A stretch of DNA of 64,000 nucleotides from Spirochaetia bacterium (GTDB taxonomy: Bacteria > Spirochaetota > Spirochaetia > SZUA-6 > Bin103), in contig OZ241907.1 of NCBI GenBank assembly GCA_965203515.1, positions 352,001 to 416,000 of the forward strand. Direction: 5' to 3'. A model generated the notes under the pieces. That model did not search any database and was not told the origin of the DNA. It worked only from the letters and a program-made list of their open reading frames with translations. The translations under genes were made by a program, and so were the position numbers. How positions within the stretch are numbered: the stretch's first letter is position 1; each line of letters begins with the position of its first letter. Of this stretch, positions 32,501-36,609 are shown piece by piece.

Positions 32501-33570
32501 GGGACGGAACGGTGCCTGGGGGCTACGTGGGGGCGGACCTGCGGGTGGCGCCGCCGCTGGTGGTGGGGCTGGCGGTGTCGCACCACGTGGGGACGATGAG
32601 CTATGAGGAGAGCGGCGACGGGGACGGAGGAGCGGCGTTCGAGGCGCAGTTGGGGACCGGGATGACGAGCGTGCTGCCGTACGTGCTGGTGGAGCCGCTG
32701 GCGGGGCTGGAGATGTGGGGGATCGTCGGGGCTGGTCTGGGCGGCAGCGGGGTGAGTTGGGAGCGTCAACGGCTGGAAACGAGCAACCTGCTGTGGTTGG
32801 GAGCGGCCGGGGCGCGCTACACGGCGTGGACGATGGCGGGGCTGGACCTGTCGGTGGGGACCGACGGGTACTATGCGTCGCTGGGAGCGGAATCCGGGCA
32901 GGCGCCGTGGCTGACGAAGGACTTGGCGGCGGTGACGGTGGGGCGGGTGCGGGTGCTGGCGGACACGCGGTACGACTGGCAGGTGGGTGAGGAGTCGCTG
33001 CTCGGGGTGAAGCTGGAGGTGGGCGGACGCTGGGACGCTGGTGACGCGGCGAGCGGGTTTGGAGCGGAGGTGGGCGGCGGAGCGGAGTACCGGCATACCG
33101 GGATCGGGCTTGGAGTGGAGGCGAGCGGGCGGTATCTGGTGGCGCACGAAGACGTGGAGTTTCGGGACTGGGGAGCGAGAGCGGCGGTGACGTTCGATCC
33201 TGGCGTGCCGGGCCGGGGGGCGGCGGTGCGGGTGCAGCCGGTGTGGGGAGCGGCGAGCAGCCAGGCGGCGAGCGTATGGAGCGGAGCGGGGCTGCTGACC
33301 GGCGGCGGTGTGGAGGAGCGAACGGATGCCGGTCTGCGGCCGGACCGACTCGATGCGGAGGTGAGCTACGGGATCGAGACCGCCGGCGGTGCGGGTCTGG
33401 TGACGGTGTACGGGGGTCTGTCGCAGGCGCTGACCGACAGCGCGGTCTACCGGGTGGGGAGCCGTCTGGAGGTGGGCGGGCTGAACGTGGACCTGTCGCT
33501 GGACCGGCAGGAACGGCCCGGCGCTGCGCCGGCCTACGGCCTCGAAATCGCCGGTACCCTCCACTGGTAG
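8539..33570 (+). CDS. Giant (~8,343 aa) repetitive surface adhesin with Ig-like/Calx-beta repeats and C-terminal autotransporter-like beta-barrel
   Basis: Uninterrupted ORF. Signal-like AAALVALLSLAPSAAA/QS; 13 YTV..DxDxDG domains; 11 putative-Ig-like LP.ATG..Y..LP.G..GTP domains; Calx-beta motifs (TATAGADY..GTVTF.PGET, EPDET); Gly/aromatic beta-strand C-terminus ending LHW. Confidence 0.9.
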   Translation: MPHYRVTARAGRGIPGGSAAAAAALVALLSLAPSAAAQSPALSFGSAAVESKLYDTGTAITPIVLPEATGGAGTLSYTLSPSTLPRGLTWTASTRTIAGTPTAVTAATTYTWQATDGDGDRATLTFSLRVWAPAGPAVDGTGVRLETVNGRTKYNYWPGEAIWFLVQYPEKVAVTGTPQVTLVVGDRKRKADYSAADTAWLRLATNDDPYDLLIFTYTVRADDFDGDGVAVPADALSLNGGTIRAVDGGADAKLSLGTHAVANGDATSVQMRVRDTAPAFSQSASAANRSFALNAATSTTLPRATGDGALTYAVSPALPRGLSLASASPKITGTPRVAGATTHTLTATDADGDRTALGPFTITVAAASAPKPSALTLSPPPGFDGDYAAGEVIRAFVSFDKGVTVTGAPRLALTIGANTRQASYHAAGSDSDDLSFRYTVTSSDFDGDGISIGDAALTLNGGAIAGTAAGAPAAALDLSGYAVANAAGHTVRDTQPSFGSASVSARNYPKDTAVDESLPAATGGDGTLRYTLQPALPRGLSFDPAGRRIHGTPSVRAPPATYTYRATDGDGDAAALTFLLAVTDVPAVSAVRVSSSPASGDAYGALETISVEVRFDQAVTVTAPNPGLALTVGARTRSAAFAGKPNASTLRFSYRVQASDDDDDGIGVAAGALTLNGAGKLRDATGTRDAALALGTHAIANAAGHQVDTPPKISGVAITSRPTNGNYAAGDVIAARLTFTESVFVRRNPPTVALTIGANTRTATWHGGPSIGGPNTHTFAYTVQSSDFDGDGISIAAGAVTANSGFLAHSRNDPNRRALVGLGSHAIANDANHRVRDTAPTFAAAVAAQHYVAGAAASLTLPAATGDGAISYRLTGALPGGLIYRSADRRISGTPQAAAAASAQTWVATDADGDATTLTFTITVAAAGAPKVSALTFLSTPRRGATYAVGETIVAGIKFDKSVTMTGSPRLALSIGGVTRYASLFSRPSRVTRWHHPFTYTVQSVDRDTDGISIGASALSLNGGSIVRSNDASVAASLALGSFAVANAAGHKVDGGTNQPPAVRSVSVDSWPVASAGYAAGDVIRLNVGFSEPLVVTGSPRLALGIGTNTRQAAFDRAAHKQLYFRYTVQVSDHDADGISVAANALTLPDGAAVRDAAGADAALGLGSRALSNLSAHKVSTPPKVTGLAIVSKPQQAGTYTRGGVITARVTFDQSVTVSGSPALALTIGADTRAATAAAGSGSAYVDFSYTVAAADADADGLGITGAALTLPSGAAIRDADGAGAVLDLGSYAATRFANAKVDGSKTGLWPDFGSATGPDLSIGKNVTVTYLLDPACGPVPIGCALAASHTGDAPLAYTVSPPLPSGLNLYRGTAVLVGAATVASPSTRYTLTVTDANGDTDTLTFTLAVTGDRPTVHGVSFRSSPAAASTYGRGEEIRVAVRFRRQGGGALAVTGSPRLALRIGSVTRQAAYYGVSGDGVLFRYAVQAADRDADGVSIAAGALTLNGGAIRDRAGNAALLGLGRHRVANHASHKVDGGIRRAPSVTGVTISTSPAAGDTYSRGEAIEVAVRFSQGVGVTGTPRLALGIGSAARYANYDRAGATSATQYFRYVVQQADVDADGLSIGTGALTLNGGAIRNNQGTNAALGLGRHAISNAANAKVNGAVNSPAIVTGVAITSRPAKGDTFRLGEEIRVRVTFSKAVVASRRTYRQGNPGWPRLALTVGSRTHRAALRTSTSWGPQPAGTTLAFHYTVQAGDYDGDGLGIAAAALDANLGSIRHGGVDANLSLGRHAVSAAAFKVDGRRPSVSGVSITSRPGAGDTYAAGEVIHAAITFDMPVRVPVGPYPGGSPTLALAVGRHTRQMTYTGSGASAIGFRYAVQAGDRDPDGVSVVTRGGLDLKGLAITAAASGNPAVTDLSGFTGHGGAGQKVDGAARPPVVRTLVMSSPQRGSTFDRHEEIGINVRFSQDLTVTGTPQLSLVIGSRTKTLNMARSFGSYLRFVYEVQAGDADADGVVVPANSLALNGGTIRNRHGVDAALGHLVYRPPLNVDGAANHPPVAIRAGFAGRPIGGVYGRGDMIDVVVNWGKRVTVTGTPQLALDVGAGTRQAALQSGNQLYSRFRYVVQAGDLDNDGIGFGSGALTLNGGSISGPGGTTANLTLPAAATDANRRVDGRILPQPAFTGSVTARTWTVGSSVSYALPAATGARGTIGYAMRQRLPDGLEFSAASRTITGTPTTVTPRATYTLQATDSATGAKGTLDFSIEITPNAAPVFIPATFDAQVYVKDAPIAPVALPAATGGNTPLSYALTGPGATTTLTLPDGISWTRPSGTNTGGTLSGTPTAVAAQATYTLTATDADDDAATLTFTLEVQDDATPAFGTATIANQSWKRYRAITAFTLPAATGGNGSLSYALSPDLPTGVTYDTAHRVSGTPSVALAATSYTWTATDADGDTAALTFTITVADNSLPAFQVLAPKDRVYTRYKQAGGTLPPAIGGDAPLTYTLSRALPAGMARSASPGRTPGGPPVDTANRSYAGAPTAAMSKTSYAWTVTDADGDQAVWDFTLTVLDNGAPDFGAAAVADQSWIRRRTITAFTLPAATGGDGSVSYALSPALPAGVAKDAGHRVSGAPDAALARTEYTWTATDGDGDQDSLTFYVTVADRPAAALVLTPATIDESGTGNATTVTATLDKAASAATTVTVSAAAGTNAEAGDFTLSTAKTLTIAAGATTSTGTVTITAVDNADAEPDKSVTVSGSVDNDDVAAPAAVTLTIADDDRPSTPTLYVDSPKVAEGGPGDPSQSNSLTWTVTLAPASDQEVRVSIALDQEAGTATAGTYQRAAEGADHGFPSTPQLVFPPGETSRKIKVSVHGDSTAEPDETVVLALSGPVNAALDATSATGTILDDDTPAVTLAVADSSIAEAGGTTTVTATLSQASGAATTVTVTAVTGAYTVGSDATIEIAAGETANAADTATITAVNDDVDNVGDRSVTVTGTAQNSHGVGTVTGAALTLTDDEATPTATLALSAETIDEHDGSVAGSATVTASLNRASSEAVTLTVAAAAGTNAAAGDFSLSDTTTLTVAAGATGSTGTVTVTAVDDTTDAPDKEVTVTAAVSGDSGIAAPASVTLTIEDDEAAPGVTLAVADSSIAEDGGTTTVTATLSHASSEATTITVTAVDGSYTVGDDVTITIAAGETANAAATVTITAVNDDVDNVGNRTATVSGTAQNGQGVGTVTGASLTLTDDEATPTATLVLSAETIDEHDGTNPGKATVTATLNRASSEAVTLTVSAAAGTNAAAGDFSLSSAKTLSIAAGATSSTGTVTVTAVDDTTDAPDKEVTVTAAVSGDSGIAAPASVTLTIEDDEAAPGVTLAVTDSSIAEDGGTTTVTATLSHASSEATTMTVTAVDGSYTVGEDATIEIAAGETANAPDTVTITAVDDDVDNVGDRSVTVTGTAQNGQGVGTVTGAALTLTDDEATPTATLALSAETIDEHDGTNPGQATVTASLDRASSEAVTLTVAAAAGTNTVAGDFSLSSTKTLSIAAGATTSTGTVTVTAVDDTTDAPDKEVTVTAAVSGDSGVAAPAAKTLTIEDDEVAPGVTLAVADSAIAENGGTTTVTATLSHASSAATTITVQPVTGAYTVGDDATIEIGAGETANAADTVTITAVDDDVDNVGDRSVTVSGTAQNSQGAGTVTGAALTLTDDEATPTATLVLSAETIDEHDGSVAGSATVTASLDRASSEAVTLTVAAAAGTNAAAGDFSLSSAKTLSIAAGATSSTGTVTVTAVDDTTDAPDKEVTVTAAVSGDSGIAAPASVTLTIEDDEAAPGVTLAVADSSIAEAGGTTTVTATLSHASSAATTITVQPVTGAYTVGSDATIEIASGETANAADTVTITAVDDDVDNVGDQSVTVSGTAQNGQGAGTVTGAALTLTDDEATPTATLALSAETIDEHDGSVAGSAMVTASLDRASSEAVTLTVAAAAGTNATAGDFSLSSAKTLSIAAGATSSTGTVTVTAVDNAVDAPDKEVTVTAAVSGDSGIAAPASVTLTIEDDEAAPGVTLAVADTSIAEDGGTTTVTATLSHASSAATTITVTAVDGSYTVGDDATIEIAAGETANAADSVTITAVNDDVDNVGNRTATVSGTAQNGQGVGTVTGASLTLTDDEATPTATLVLSAETIDEHDGTNPGKATVTATLNRASSEAVTLTVSAAAGTNAAASDFSLSSTKTLSIAAGATSSTGTVTVTAVDNTVDAPDKEVTVTAAVSGDSGIAAPASVTLTIEDDEAAPGVTLAVADSAIAEDGGTTTVTATLSHASSAATTITVQPVSGAYTVGSDATIEIGAGETANATDTVTITAVNDAIDNVGDRSATVSGTAQNSQGVGSVTGAALTLTDDEATPTATLALSAETIDEHDGSVAGSATVTATLNRASSEAVTLTVAAAAGTNAAAGDFSLSSTKTLSIAAGATSSTGTVTVTAVDDTTDAPDKEVTVTAAVSGDSGIAAPASVTLTIEDDEAAPGVTLAVADSAIAENGGTTTVTATLSHASSAATTITVQPVTGAYTVGSDATIEIAAGETANEADSVTITTVNDAINNLGVPTVTVGGTAQNSHGVQPVTGARLALTGKLLLNRETGGAAPGVTLAVADSAIAENGGTTTVTATLSHASSAATTITVQPVSGAYTVGSDATIEIAAGETANTADTATITAVNDDVDNVGDRSVTVSGTAQNSQGVGTVTGASLTLTDDEATPTATLALSPETIDEHDGTNPGKATVTATLNRASSEAVTLTVAAAAGTNAAAGDFSLSSTKTLSIAAGATTSTGTVTVTAVDDTTDAPDKEVTVTAAVSGDSGVAAPAAKTLTIEDDEAAPGVTLAVTDSAIAEDGGTTTVTATLSHASSAATTITVQPVTGAYTVGTDATIEIAAGETANAADTATITAVNDDVDNVGDRSVTVSGTAQNSQGVGTVTGAALTLTDDEATPTATLVLSAETIDEHDGTNPGKATVTATLNRASSEAVTLTVAVAAGTNAAAGDFSLSSTKTLSIAAGATSSTGTVTVTAVDNTVDAPDKEVTVTAAVSGDSGIAAPASVTLTIEDDEAAPGVTLAVTDSSIAEDGGTTTVTATLSHASSVATTITVQPVTGAYTVGSDATIEIGAGETANASDTVTITAVNDDVDNVGDRSVTVSGTAQNSQGAGTVTGAALTLTDDEATPTATLALSAETIDEHDGTNPGKAMVTASLNRASSEAVTLTVAAAAGTNAAASDFSLSSTKTLSIAAGATSSTGTVTVTAVDNTADAPDKEVTVTAAVSGDSGIADPASVTLTIEDDEAAPGVTLAVADSAIAEDGGTTTVTATLSHASSVATTITVQPVTGAYTVGEDATIEIGAGETANAADTVTITAVNDDVDNVGNRTVTVTGTAQNSQGAGTVTGASLTLTDDEATPTATLVLSAETIDEHDGTNPGKATVTATLNRASSEAVTLTVAAAAGTNAAVGDFSLSGTKTLSIAAGATSSTGTVTVTAVDNTADAPDKEVTVTAAVSGDSGVAAPAAKTLTIEDDEAAPGVTLAVADSAIAENGGTTTVTATLSHASSAATTITVQPVTGAYTVGEDATITIPAGATSKAADTATITAVNDDVDNVGNRTATVSGTAQNGQGVGTVTGASLTLTDDEATPTATLALSPETIDEHDGSVAGSATVTASLNRASSEAVTLTVAAAAGTNAAAGDFTLSSTKTLSIAAGATSSTGTVTVTAVDDTTDAPDKEVTVTAAVSGDSGIAAPASVTLTIEDDEAAPGVTLAVTDSAIAENGGSTTVTATLSHASSAATTITVTAVTGAYTVGTDATIEIAAGETSNAADTVTVTAVNDDVDNVGDRSVTVSGTAQNSQGAGSVTGAALTLTDDEATPTATLALSAETIDEHDGTNPGKATVTASLNRASSEAVTLTVAAAAGTNAAAGDFTLSSVTTLSIAAGATSSTGTVTVTAVDNTTDAPDKEVTVTAAVSGDSGIAAPASVTLTIEDDEAAPGVTLAVADSAIAENGGTTTVTATLSHASSAATTITVQPVTGAYTVGEDATITIPAGATSKAADTATITAVNDDVDNVGNRTATVSGTAQNGQGVGTVTGASLTLTDDEATPTVTLALSAETIDEHDGTNPGKTTVTATLNRASSEAVTLTVAAAAGTNAAAGDFSLSSATTLSIAAGATSSTGTVMVTAVDNTTDAPDKEVTVTAAVSGDSGIAAPAAKTLTIEDDEAAPGVTLALADSAIDENGGSTTVTATLSHASSAATTITVQPVTGAYTVGSDATIEIAAGETANAADSVTITAVNDAIDNVGNRTATVSGTAQNSQGVGTVTGAALTLTDDEATPTVTLALSAETIDEHDGANPGKATVTASLNRASSEAVTLTVAAAAGTNAAAGDFSLSSTKTLSIAAGATTSTGTVTVTAVDNTTDAPDKEVTVTAAVSGDSGIAAPAAKTLTIEDDEAAPGVTLALADSAIDENGGSTTVTATLSHASSAATTITVQPVTGAYTVGSDATIEIAAGETANAADSVTITAVNDAIDNVGNRTATVSGTAQNSQGVGTVTGASLTLTDDEAMPTATLALSPETIDEHDGSVAGSATVTASLNRASSEAVTLTVAAAAGTNAAAGDFSLSGTKTLSIAAGATSSTGTVTVTAVDNTVDAPDKEVTVTATVSGDSGIAAPASVTLTIEDDEAAPGVTLAVADSAIAENGGTTTVTATLSHASSAATTITVQPVSGAYTVGSDATITIGAGETSNAADTVTITAVNDAIDNAGNRTATVSGTAQNSQGVGTVTGASLTLTDDEGTPTATLALSAETIDEHDGSVAGSATVTATLNRASSEAVTLTVSAAAGTNAAAGDFSLSSTKTLSIAAGATSSTGTVTVTAVDNTTDAPDKEVTVTAAVNGDSGIAAPASVTLTIEDDEAEPGVTLAVADSAIAENGGSTTVTATLSHPSSAATTITVQPVTGAYTVGSDATITIPAGATSKAADTATITAVNDAIDNVGNRTVTVSGTAQNSQGVGTVTGASLTLTDDEGAPTATLALSAETIDEHDGTNPGKATVTATLNRASSEAVTLTVAAAAGTNAAAGDFSLSSTTTLSIAAGATSSTGTVTVTAVDNTVDAPDKEVTVTAAVSGDSGIAAPASVTLTIEDDEAAPGVTLAVADSAIAENGGTTTVTATLSHASSAATTITVTAADGAYTVGTDATIEIAAGETANAADTATITAVDDAIDNTVNRSVTVSGTAQNSQGVGTVTGASLTLTDDEGAPTATLALSAETIDEHDGTDPGKATVTATLNRASSEAVTLTVAAATGTNAAAGDFTLSSTTTLSIAAGVTSSTGEVTVTAVDDTVDAPDKEVTVTAAVSGDSGIAAPASVTLTIEDDEAAPGVTLAVADSAIDENGGTTTVTATLSHASSAATTITVTAVDGAYTVGTDATIEIAAGETANAADTAGITAVADAESTGDRTVTVTGTAQNSQGAGEVTGAELTLRDGGGGGVAAFELSGAVADQEWIEGQAITPLTLPAATGGDGAVSYALRPELPGGVSRDAASREVTGTPEAAQAETEYTWTATDGGGATVDVTFTIEVLAGAVRDEPPVGSSAPASGPVPPAAGVVKVTIGDASIMEGDGRRVDAEFTVKLDRASAAPVTVGYETRDDTATAGADYAQCAGTVTFAPGETQRMIAVEVLPDTTVEANEEFMVTLVEPENAVLERAMARGTIGDNDVALLAIDDTQVKEGDRGRSAAWFEVRMISKTERPVLLRYTTKDGTARAGEDYEAASEVLVFAPGEAAKRVSVAVLGDTEPEADETFGVTLQAAEQRAGSGGLAAEGVIEDDDQDRMRRALRRAHAEFARVVATDAVAVIGGRLRDSAAGAGSQVTLHGQRLALAELTGTAPEQRWAAAEPEAAEYRQVSFGELLSQSSIDLRSNDLSGGAPAGDAGAERAGDGGGLEWSIWGTGTLGGYSGAGEVSGGAGARWDGTVPGGYVGADLRVAPPLVVGLAVSHHVGTMSYEESGDGDGGAAFEAQLGTGMTSVLPYVLVEPLAGLEMWGIVGAGLGGSGVSWERQRLETSNLLWLGAAGARYTAWTMAGLDLSVGTDGYYASLGAESGQAPWLTKDLAAVTVGRVRVLADTRYDWQVGEESLLGVKLEVGGRWDAGDAASGFGAEVGGGAEYRHTGIGLGVEASGRYLVAHEDVEFRDWGARAAVTFDPGVPGRGAAVRVQPVWGAASSQAASVWSGAGLLTGGGVEERTDAGLRPDRLDAEVSYGIETAGGAGLVTVYGGLSQALTDSAVYRVGSRLEVGGLNVDLSLDRQERPGAAPAYGLEIAGTLHW
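17260..31047 (+). repeat. 690-bp (230-aa) tandem array: (A-B)x7, aberrant A*, (A-B)x12, A
   Basis: ETIDEHDG codons recur at 17623, 18313 ... 21763, then 22810 ... 30400 (19 copies, 690-bp steps, one 1047-bp step). A = 333 bp, B = 357 bp. Confidence 0.95.
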
Positions 33571-33612
33571 CCCGGCCTCCACCGTTCGCGGTGCCGCGGC
33601 CGGATGGCCGGG
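33571..33612. terminator. GC-rich hairpin between convergent adhesin and Fic genes
   Basis: CCCGGCC...GGCCGGG arms enclose CACCG-TTCG-CGGTG. No U-tract. Confidence 0.35.
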
Positions 33613-33657
33613 TTCGGCGCCAAGTCAGATAGCCGCAGGCCGGTGCTTGGCGCCCGT

Positions 33658-34563
33658 TCAGGCCGGGACGATCGGCGCGGAGAGCGTATCCCGGTCTCCG
33701 ATCTTCCACACGCCATTCTCGCGGAATGCCGGAACGGTCTGCCGCCGAGCGGCGTTGGTCACGGCCGGAGCCGACAGGCCGCGCCGTCTGACGTAATCCG
33801 ACAATCTGACGATGGCGTCGCCCCTGAGATAGCTGAGCCTCTTGTGCATCGCCTCCAGCAGCGCCAGCGCCAGGATGCGTTCCATCGTCCGGCTTCGGTC
33901 TCGTTCAAGGTAGTCCCGGAACGCCTGATAGTAGATGTCCTTTTCCTTGTCGCGGATGATGATCGGCGGCAATCCAAGCTGATAGAGCTGGAAATTGATC
34001 AGGACGCGGCCCATTCGCCCGTTGCCGTCGCAGAATGGATGGATGGTCTCGAACCGCAAGTGAAACAGGGCGATCTTGTCCAGAAAGTAGGAGTCGAGAT
34101 CGCTGGCATAGTCGCGCAGCGTCGCAGCCATCATCGGCTCTACCCGCTCGGGCGCCGGGGCGATATGGGTTCCGACGCGCACGTACTCCCCGGTCCGGCG
34201 GAATCGGCCGGCGATCTCATCGTCAATGCCGCCGATCAGCATCTGATGCAGCAGCACGATCAGCTCTCGCGTCAGCTCGCCGGCGACCGCCTTGTTGCGG
34301 GTATACCCGACGACCCGCGCCAGATTCCGGACCTCGAAGACCTCTCGCACGGTCACGTTCCGGGCCAGCGCCTGTTGCAACAGGATCCGTTCGGTTTCGT
34401 CGAGCGTGAGCGTCGAGTTCTCGATGGCGTTCGAGTTGTATACGCTCTCCGGTATCTCCGCTGCGTCGATCATCGCCTGCAGCGATTCCTTTCCGCCGCG
34501 CAACGCCTCGTATTGCCGTCTCAGGTCCCGGATGCGCGTTCTGACCGGCTGCGGGGTCGCCAT
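33658..34563 (-). CDS. Fic family protein
   Basis: Catalytic HPFCDGNGRMGR and N-terminal inhibitory-type SNAIEN motif. Start taken at MATPQ (34563). Confidence 0.92.
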   Translation of the reverse strand: MATPQPVRTRIRDLRRQYEALRGGKESLQAMIDAAEIPESVYNSNAIENSTLTLDETERILLQQALARNVTVREVFEVRNLARVVGYTRNKAVAGELTRELIVLLHQMLIGGIDDEIAGRFRRTGEYVRVGTHIAPAPERVEPMMAATLRDYASDLDSYFLDKIALFHLRFETIHPFCDGNGRMGRVLINFQLYQLGLPPIIIRDKEKDIYYQAFRDYLERDRSRTMERILALALLEAMHKRLSYLRGDAIVRLSDYVRRRGLSAPAVTNAARRQTVPAFRENGVWKIGDRDTLSAPIVPA

Positions 34564-34581
34564 ACGCGGACGACGATGACA

Positions 34582-34642
34582 CATTCACGCGATCACGTCA
34601 AGAAGGCGTGAATGGAAGCCAAAAATCGGGCATCATTCACGC
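34582..34642. promoter_or_regulatory. Three CATTCACGC boxes upstream of the Fic gene
   Basis: CATTCACGC 34582-34590, inverted GCGTGAATG 34606-34614, direct CATTCACGC 34634-34642. Confidence 0.5.
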
Positions 34643-34674
34643 GGTTTCAGGATACGACCCCGAACCGGCAGGCA

Positions 34675-34703
34675 TTGACATCATAGCAATAATGGTATAT
34701 CGT
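34675..34703 (+). promoter_or_regulatory. Sigma70-type promoter with embedded operator-like palindrome for the TA operon
   Basis: TTGACA-N17-TATCGT. The spacer contains ATAGCA-ataa-TGGTAT (inverted repeat, 1 mismatch). Confidence 0.65.
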
Positions 34704-34713
34704 CTGGGCTGAC

Positions 34714-35043
34714 GTGAGTTGGACTGTCGAAACCCTGAATGCCACGGTGGACGGGGAGATCGATGCTTTAGCGGCCGACATGCGCGCGCGGTTCGTCCGT
34801 ATCGGGCAACTGATTGCCGAGTGCGGCCTGGAGCATGTCGGAGCTCCTCATGTCAAGCATGTGACCGACGAGCTTTGGGAGATGCGAGTGAAGGGTAAGG
34901 ACACGATAGCGCGAGTGCTCTACGTAACGGTCCCGGACAAGCGGGTAGTCGTGGTTCGAGTCTTTATCAAGAAGACTCAGAAGATACCTCGGCGTGAGAT
35001 CAAGTTGGCTCGGCAGCGAGCGAAGGAGGTCCTGGATGAGTAG
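34714..35043 (+). CDS. Type II toxin, RelE/ParE superfamily (Gp49/DUF891, HigB-like)
   Basis: PHVKH..LWEMR.KG...ARVLY..VVVRVFIKKTQK.P.REI motif set. Confidence 0.88.
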   Translation: MSWTVETLNATVDGEIDALAADMRARFVRIGQLIAECGLEHVGAPHVKHVTDELWEMRVKGKDTIARVLYVTVPDKRVVVVRVFIKKTQKIPRREIKLARQRAKEVLDE

Positions 35044-35175
35044 GTGACGTTCGATCTACCCAATAGATAACTGGAGGACATCGCGCTGGCCTGGAACGAC
35101 GGCTACAACGGAACAGGTCTCAGCTTCGCCAACAACGTCAACATATGAGAAGGGGTAGCCACCTGAGCATCATCT

Positions 35176-35499
35176 ATGAAAAGCAACAATGAGAAACAAC
35201 CGGGAGGCGGGAGTAGCGTAGATAGTCTTCACAAGAAGTGGAGCATCGATCCGGAATACCGGACCGCCTATGACGAACTCGGTGCGGAGTTCGATATGGC
35301 GCGTGCCGTGATTCTGGCCCGCAAGGGCGCAGGGCTTACGCAGGAGCAGCTCGCGAAGCGCATGAACACGACGCAGTCGGTGATCGCTCGGCTGGAAGGT
35401 GGGGGCACGCGCCCGTCCACGACGACGCTGATGCGGTTTGCACAGGCTACCGGCACGCGCCTCAAGATCAGCTTCGAACCCGCCGGTGATACGGTCTGA
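35176..35499 (+). CDS. XRE-family HTH antitoxin (HigA-like)
   Basis: DPEYRTAYDEL..ARKGAGLTQEQLAKRMNTTQSVIARLEGG..PS, downstream of the toxin. Confidence 0.88.
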   Translation: MKSNNEKQPGGGSSVDSLHKKWSIDPEYRTAYDELGAEFDMARAVILARKGAGLTQEQLAKRMNTTQSVIARLEGGGTRPSTTTLMRFAQATGTRLKISFEPAGDTV

Positions 35500-36609
35500 C
35501 TACGCGGTGAGCACTTCGCGGAGGCGGCGGGCGACTTGGCGGGCTTCGCCGGGTTGCAGGGTCATGGGATCGACGAACATGCCGCGGTCCCAGCCGCCCA
35601 GGTGGATGCTGGGGTCGCCGTCGCGGAGCGGTTCGCCGCAGGCGTCCGCCGTGCGGTCGCCCAGGAGCTCGATACGCACGCGCGGTACGCCGCCGGGGAA
35701 GAACAGCTCGTCGCCTTCGTCCACGGTGGCGCGCACGCCATCGATGCCGTGCAGCGCGCCGGCGATCAGCTCCGCGTCGGCGCGCCAGCGGCGGTAGTCA
35801 TCCTCGTCGCTGCCGTCCAGGAACAGCTCCACGGCGGCGAGCAGGCCCATCAGCTCCTCCTTGCCCACCTTCATGCCGCGGCCGACCGAGCTGGCCGGCG
35901 ACCCGTTCATGCGCGCCGCGCGGATCAACTCCGCCTTGCCGACCACCAACCCGCTCGACTGCGGCCCCCGCAGCCCCTTGCCGCCGGAGAACACCACCAG
36001 ACCCGCGCCCAGCCGCGCCGGCTCGGTCAGGTTGGAGCGCGGCGGAAGCTGCGCCGCCGCGTCGACGATGACCGGGATGCCGCGCGGCTCGGCCACCGCC
36101 ACCACCTCGGCGAGCTGCGCCAACGTCTGCTTGCCCAGGTAGTGGACGACCGCCGCCGTGTCGTCGTCGAGCGCCGCCTCGACCGCGGCGGTCGGGCACG
36201 ACTCCGTGCTGCCGACCTTGACCAGCACGCCGCCGGCCGCGGCGATCAACTGGAAGAGGTAATCGTGCGCGTCGACCTGCGGGATCACGAACCGGTTGCG
36301 CCAGCCGTCGGTGTAGGGCAGCCGCTGCACCCGCTCGGCGTCCGTGCCGGTCAGACACGCGGCCGCCGCCTGCTGCACGCCGCTGGCGGCTCCGCAGGTG
36401 ACCAGCGCCCCCTCCACGCCGATGCGGCGCGCCAGGCGCTCGCCGATCCGTTCCTGCAGCGTCTCCAACGCCACGAAGTTGCCGGCCGCCTGACGCATCG
36501 CCTCCAGTACCGGCTCCGGCATGAGGCTGCCGCCGCTCGCCGTGCCGTTGCCCCGGCCGTTGATGAACGGCCGCACGCCCAGGTCCGCGTAACTGATCGG
36601 GCGCTTCAA
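35500..36609 (-). CDS. SelA-like PLP-dependent enzyme (DgaE-type ammonia-lyase-like)
   Basis: VDAAAQ, FSGGKGLRGPQSSG (PLP lysine) and GRGMKVGKEE. Confidence 0.8.
   Translation of the reverse strand: MKRPISYADLGVRPFINGRGNGTASGGSLMPEPVLEAMRQAAGNFVALETLQERIGERLARRIGVEGALVTCGAASGVQQAAAACLTGTDAERVQRLPYTDGWRNRFVIPQVDAHDYLFQLIAAAGGVLVKVGSTESCPTAAVEAALDDDTAAVVHYLGKQTLAQLAEVVAVAEPRGIPVIVDAAAQLPPRSNLTEPARLGAGLVVFSGGKGLRGPQSSGLVVGKAELIRAARMNGSPASSVGRGMKVGKEELMGLLAAVELFLDGSDEDDYRRWRADAELIAGALHGIDGVRATVDEGDELFFPGGVPRVRIELLGDRTADACGEPLRDGDPSIHLGGWDRGMFVDPMTLQPGEARQVARRLREVLTA

Noticed and set aside
8356..33709. Long antisense ORFs over the giant gene (1790, 1132, 906, 918 aa and many 222-aa ORFs)
   Set aside because: Shadow frames of a high-GC repetitive CDS. 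They recur at the 690-bp period and have no independent motifs.
33600..35500. Fic/TA genes as integron cassettes
   Set aside because: No integrase or attC-like structure recognised, and the genes are divergent with their own promoter.
35500..36609. Bona fide selA (selenocysteine synthase)
   Set aside because: Only 369 aa, no selB/selC/selD nearby, and motifs fit the DgaE-like branch.
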